Shown here: in pieces, positions 28,386-32,000 of the stretch
How the letters are laid out: every line of letters starts with the position of its first letter
Position numbering within the stretch: position 1 is the first letter of the stretch
Translations under genes and position numbers: made by a program
Notes under the pieces: model-generated
The model's input: only the letters and a program-made list of their open reading frames with translations
What the model was told of the DNA's origin: nothing
The model's database searches: none
NCBI GenBank assembly: GCA_030614005.1
Contig: JAUWKS010000024.1
Coordinates: 1-32,000, forward strand
Length of the DNA stretch: 32,000 nucleotides
Source of the DNA: Candidatus Heimdallarchaeota archaeon
GTDB taxonomy: Archaea > Asgardarchaeota > Heimdallarchaeia > JABLTI01
Reading direction: 5' to 3'

Positions 28386-29909
28386 GTGAGTGATATGAGT
28401 TACGTAGAAAAATCTGTTTACAGGTATTTGAAAAATATTGTTACCTCTGGTTTTAAAGCGCTGTTTACAAAGAAATTTTTGATTTATACAATCTTTTTCT
28501 TAGTCATTATTGCAACAACAACAATAACAGCCATAATCACAAAATCTCCTACGCCAACTATCTTTGGCGTTCCTTCTGCTGATATGATCAATTACCTTTT
28601 CTATTTTGAATTAGCATTTGCTTTATCGTATATTCTTGTCGGGTTTGCATTAGCTAAAACACCCACATTTATGCACGTATTATTGGTAATTTTATTTGCA
28701 AGTGGAATTACAACAGGCTTTATTTTACTTAATAATATTGTAATTGCCTTGATTATTTGTTCTGTGTTATACGGTCTTTGGATGTTTATCACTGTAGTTT
28801 CATCATATTCTTTTAGCAAGAATTTACTTGGAAGTAGAGTAACTGGTAGTATTCTATTTATGGGTAAAAAAGAAGGAGGAAATTCATTATTCAGTGGGAT
28901 ACTTACTCCACTCATCATTGCCTGTATCGGATTGAACGGATATCTTCTATATCAAGGAATAATTTTAACTTCTTGGCTCTATATTTCTACAAGCGCAATT
29001 GGTATCTTAATGGGTGGATTTTTACTATTAGTTATTTGGCGATTAGCAAGAAAAGATGATGTTTTTTACACCATTCTACCATTCTTTTATCTAATGACGA
29101 ACACTCGTGCAATACAATTAGTTATTCGACTTGTTAAAGGAGACACCAACTATGTTGCTTGGGTTAGTATTCTAATTTCAGCGTTTTTCTTGTTAAACAC
29201 TATCTCCAAATATTATCGGAAAGTAAAGAAATTGGATGCAGATTTTCTACCAAGAGAAACAACAGAGAAAACAATCGATGTTACAACACCAGATGCTACC
29301 AATCAAAATGAAACTCAGGAAGAAGTGAAAGAGGAATTCTACATTAGTGACGTGTTTAAATTTATTTCCGATAGGGGAGTAGTTATGATGATATTGGGAT
29401 TTGCACTAGCTTATCATAATATGGTTCTACAAATAGTATTTAACACCGATAATATCGAACAAATTCTCTTTTTCGATCAAGTAGGGGTTGTTCAAATTGG
29501 TCATAGCATTACAATGATTTTTGCTGCTTTAGTTGTTATTTTCAGTGTTATACTCTATTCTTCAAGTAGTAAATTCAAAAGCTATACTTCACCACATATC
29601 TATCGCTTGAACTTTCTTCCACCATATGAAGATGTTGAAAAATTTGTCATTGATGCTAAAGCCGGTAGAATTAATTGGAAGATTTTTGCTCGAGATGCTA
29701 CTGTTACTCTCGCAAAAAAGGGATTGAGCGCTTCTACAGAAATTGGTGTTTCAGTTAAAGAGCAATCTATTGATCTTGCTAAAAAAGGAATGGACGTTGT
29801 AAAAACAAAGACTTATTCAGTTGTTGAGAGATTGCGAAACAAAATAAGTGGTGCAGTAGTAGAGGACTCAGAAGAAATTATTGTTGAAGAAGCAGATGAT
29901 GATTTCTAA
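28386..29909 (+). CDS. Multi-pass membrane protein of unknown function
   Basis: 507-aa ORF with more than 10 hydrophobic segments and an acidic C-terminal tail. Confidence 0.7.
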   Translation: MSDMSYVEKSVYRYLKNIVTSGFKALFTKKFLIYTIFFLVIIATTTITAIITKSPTPTIFGVPSADMINYLFYFELAFALSYILVGFALAKTPTFMHVLLVILFASGITTGFILLNNIVIALIICSVLYGLWMFITVVSSYSFSKNLLGSRVTGSILFMGKKEGGNSLFSGILTPLIIACIGLNGYLLYQGIILTSWLYISTSAIGILMGGFLLLVIWRLARKDDVFYTILPFFYLMTNTRAIQLVIRLVKGDTNYVAWVSILISAFFLLNTISKYYRKVKKLDADFLPRETTEKTIDVTTPDATNQNETQEEVKEEFYISDVFKFISDRGVVMMILGFALAYHNMVLQIVFNTDNIEQILFFDQVGVVQIGHSITMIFAALVVIFSVILYSSSSKFKSYTSPHIYRLNFLPPYEDVEKFVIDAKAGRINWKIFARDATVTLAKKGLSASTEIGVSVKEQSIDLAKKGMDVVKTKTYSVVERLRNKISGAVVEDSEEIIVEEADDDF

Positions 29910-29916
29910 CGCCTAA

Positions 29917-29943
29917 TTTGAGGTGTTTTAAGAGCACCTCAAA
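29917..29943. terminator. Hairpin after the membrane-protein gene
   Basis: TTTGAGGTG-ttttaagag-CACCTCAAA. Confidence 0.5.
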
Positions 29944-30107
29944 AAAATTTCATTTTAGAACAACGAAATTTTGAAACTAGAGTAATTATAGTGAAATAAA
30001 AAAATAGTCGATTTTATGACTTGAATTTCCCAAATACATCATTTTATATATTGAAGACTTGACTTTTGTTTTATTGTTATTGTAAAAAAAAATAGGCTAT
30101 TGAAATA

Positions 30108-30464
30108 ATGTCAATCAAAGATGAGCTAACTAATAGAAATCTCGAAGAAATTGTTCGTAATGCAAACTCTCGTTCGGGAGCATGTATTTCTGTAGAAGAT
30201 TGTATTCAAAAGTTGGATTTACAAACCGCAAAAGAAGCATTGGATGAATTCAAAACAATACTAAAAACTGAAACATTAGATATAGAAATATTACAAGATA
30301 CAATAGCTTTATTATAGATCTTTCATGATTTAGGCAAAATCACTTTTCCAAGTCAAGATTATGGCATTGCATTGTCAGTGCAAAATATTGCATTAATAAA
30401 TCAGAAAGAGCTAGCTACGAAATTATTGCTCTTCCTTGAAAGAAATATTACGATTATCGAGTAA
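30108..30464 (+). pseudogene. Small helical protein interrupted by an in-frame TAG
   Basis: 69 codons, TAG at 30315-30317, then 48 more open codons (IFHDLGKITFPSQDYG...) to TAA at 30462-30464. Confidence 0.45.
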
Positions 30465-30587
30465 AAGCATTGTTAAGATTTGTTAATTGCAATTCAAATT
30501 AAAAATGAAAAAGAAAGAAAGAAAATTTATTAGAATATTTTATAAAGCAAGTAAAAGCTGCATATAATTACTTTCGGAATTGATTGT

Positions 30588-30998
30588 ATGTCTTCAAATG
30601 TATCAATTAAAACGTTGGATGATTTCGGTTTCCTTTTTTGTTTAATAGGTGGAATTTTAACAGTTGTAATGGGATTAATGTCATTTATTATTGCAATTGC
30701 AGGCGAAAAAATCAGTTGGTTTTTAGGTGCTGGTTTTATTGGACTTGCAAATGTCATTGCTGGTTCAATAGTTTCGATGATTTTTGGTGCACTTGCTGTA
30801 GTAATAGGCTTGAAATTATTTTTAGCGAAAATCTACGAATTTATTACTAAATTTGATTTAATTATTACTGCCATTGTAATGATAGTTATTGGCATCATTG
30901 TCTTTGGTATTAGTGGATTAATTATATTAGTTGCAGGCATACTCGTACTAGTTTATAGGTTACTACCAGATGGAGCTGCCAATCCAAATGGCAGATAA
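30588..30998 (+). CDS. Small membrane protein
   Basis: 136 aa, about 4 Gly-rich hydrophobic helices. Confidence 0.65.
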   Translation: MSSNVSIKTLDDFGFLFCLIGGILTVVMGLMSFIIAIAGEKISWFLGAGFIGLANVIAGSIVSMIFGALAVVIGLKLFLAKIYEFITKFDLIITAIVMIVIGIIVFGISGLIILVAGILVLVYRLLPDGAANPNGR

Positions 30999-31087
30999 CA
31001 ACGACAAATCCTAATTGAGTAATATAAAAAAAATGTAAGAAACATAGGATTGTCAAAAAAAATTGACCAATAAAGCAATGAAATAGG

Positions 31088-32000
31088 TTATTTTGAAAAA
31101 GCTTCACTCATTTCTGAAATCCATTCAGCAGATTGATGTTTAAAGTAGGTTTCATAAAGTTCAGAATAAAGCCCTTTTTCGTTCATTAGACTATCGTGGT
31201 CTCCTTGTTCTACAAGCTCACCGTGATCAAGGACAAGAATCCTATCAGAGTTTTTGATAGTAGTTAAACGATGAGCAATAACAATTGATGTTCTATTAGA
31301 GAGGAGTTTTTCAAGAGCATCTTGAATCTTGGATTCAGTATATGCATCAACAGCAGCAGTTGCTTCATCTAAAATTAGTATTTTTGGATTGGTCAATAAT
31401 GTTCGCGCGAAAGAAACCATCTGCCTTTGACCTGCAGATAGACCTTTACCACGCTCACCAAGAATGGTTTCTAAACCATTGGGTAAAGCATCAATAAATT
31501 CTTGGGCAGAAACTATGCGTAGAACTTCCACAATTTCCTCTATTGTTGCATCAGGTTTACTATAGCGAATATTATCAAGGACCGTACCACTGAAAAGAAA
31601 AACATCCTGACTTACTAAACCAATTTGTGATCTAAGATTTTGGATATCATAAGCTCGTAAATCAACACCATCAATTTTAATGGAGCCTTCATTGATATCA
31701 TAAAACCTCATTAGTAATGACGCGATAGTTGTTTTGCCAGCCCCAGTGTGTCCAACGATTGCTATAGACTCACCAGATTTTATATCTAGATTAATATTCT
31801 TTAATACAGGCGTGCCTTCTACGTAATATTGATGTACGTTCTCAAAAGTAATTTGACCGTCAATTTCTTTGACTATTGGATTCTCTGGATTTTTCACAGT
31901 TATTTCTGCGTCGATAATACTGAAGATTCGCTCCATAGCAGCAAAACCACTTTGTATAGTAGATATTTGTGCTGCAACACGCATCAGTGGATAGAGAAAT
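31088..32000 (-). CDS. ABC transporter (fused permease/ATPase exporter), 5'-partial
   Basis: GHTGAGKTT, VSQDVFLFSG, LSAGQRQ, ILDEAT, IAHRL. Frame is open to the window end. Confidence 0.93.
   Translation of the reverse strand, partial: FLYPLMRVAAQISTIQSGFAAMERIFSIIDAEITVKNPENPIVKEIDGQITFENVHQYYVEGTPVLKNINLDIKSGESIAIVGHTGAGKTTIASLLMRFYDINEGSIKIDGVDLRAYDIQNLRSQIGLVSQDVFLFSGTVLDNIRYSKPDATIEEIVEVLRIVSAQEFIDALPNGLETILGERGKGLSAGQRQMVSFARTLLTNPKILILDEATAAVDAYTESKIQDALEKLLSNRTSIVIAHRLTTIKNSDRILVLDHGELVEQGDHDSLMNEKGLYSELYETYFKHQSAEWISEMSEAFSK

Noticed and set aside
1154-31107. Short antisense or overlapping ORFs in the track (e.g. 1154-1360, 2165-2437, 7201-7503, 11586-11993, 22683-22985, 23178-23504, 28601-28918)
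   Set aside because: They are shadows of well-supported genes on the opposite strand or frame, with no motifs or RBS.
1-32000. CRISPR array accompanying the Cas1-like gene
   Set aside because: No regularly spaced 25-40 nt repeats were seen. The 4390-4445 repeats are only two short degenerate units. An array outside the window cannot be excluded.
1-32000. Genome-wide TAG recoding (pyrrolysine code)
   Set aside because: TAG serves as an apparently normal stop for cdc48 (22679), the RadB-like gene (14000), the LAGLIDADG gene (4611) and the 25777 gene at expected protein lengths. No pyl genes are in the window.

Overview
AT-rich archaeal window, most plausibly an Asgard archaeon (inference from gene content: mch/ftr, archaeal-type cdc48/hsp20/ABCE1/RadB-like, PlsY, GGTGA/GGAG-type RBS). 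From about 8.1 kb onward it is mostly housekeeping and metabolic: histidine utilisation (formiminotransferase, hutI, hutU), nadE, RadB-like, ABCE1, wecB, mch-ftr, plsY, an hsp20-cdc48-ArsR heat-shock cluster, membrane proteins, a frameshifted methyltransferase and a partial ABC transporter. The first 7.9 kb is an accessory region. Its centrepiece is a minus-strand operon encoding a 1124-aa protein that contains a recognisable Cas1 fold with intact metal ligands, embedded among winged-helix, Cys-cluster and Zn-ribbon modules. No CRISPR array, cas2 or PolB is visible in the window. The ORF directly upstream looks like a catalytically dead Hel308/Ski2 RecA1 domain and is in the same frame, separated by one TAG, so the two may be a single 1368-aa helicase-remnant-Cas1 gene. 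Next to it are a cluster of GC-rich mini-hairpins, a free-standing LAGLIDADG-HTH gene, and a tnpA-less IS605-type TnpB with a Fanzor-like rearranged RuvC site. All domain calls were made by eye from motifs, without database searches.
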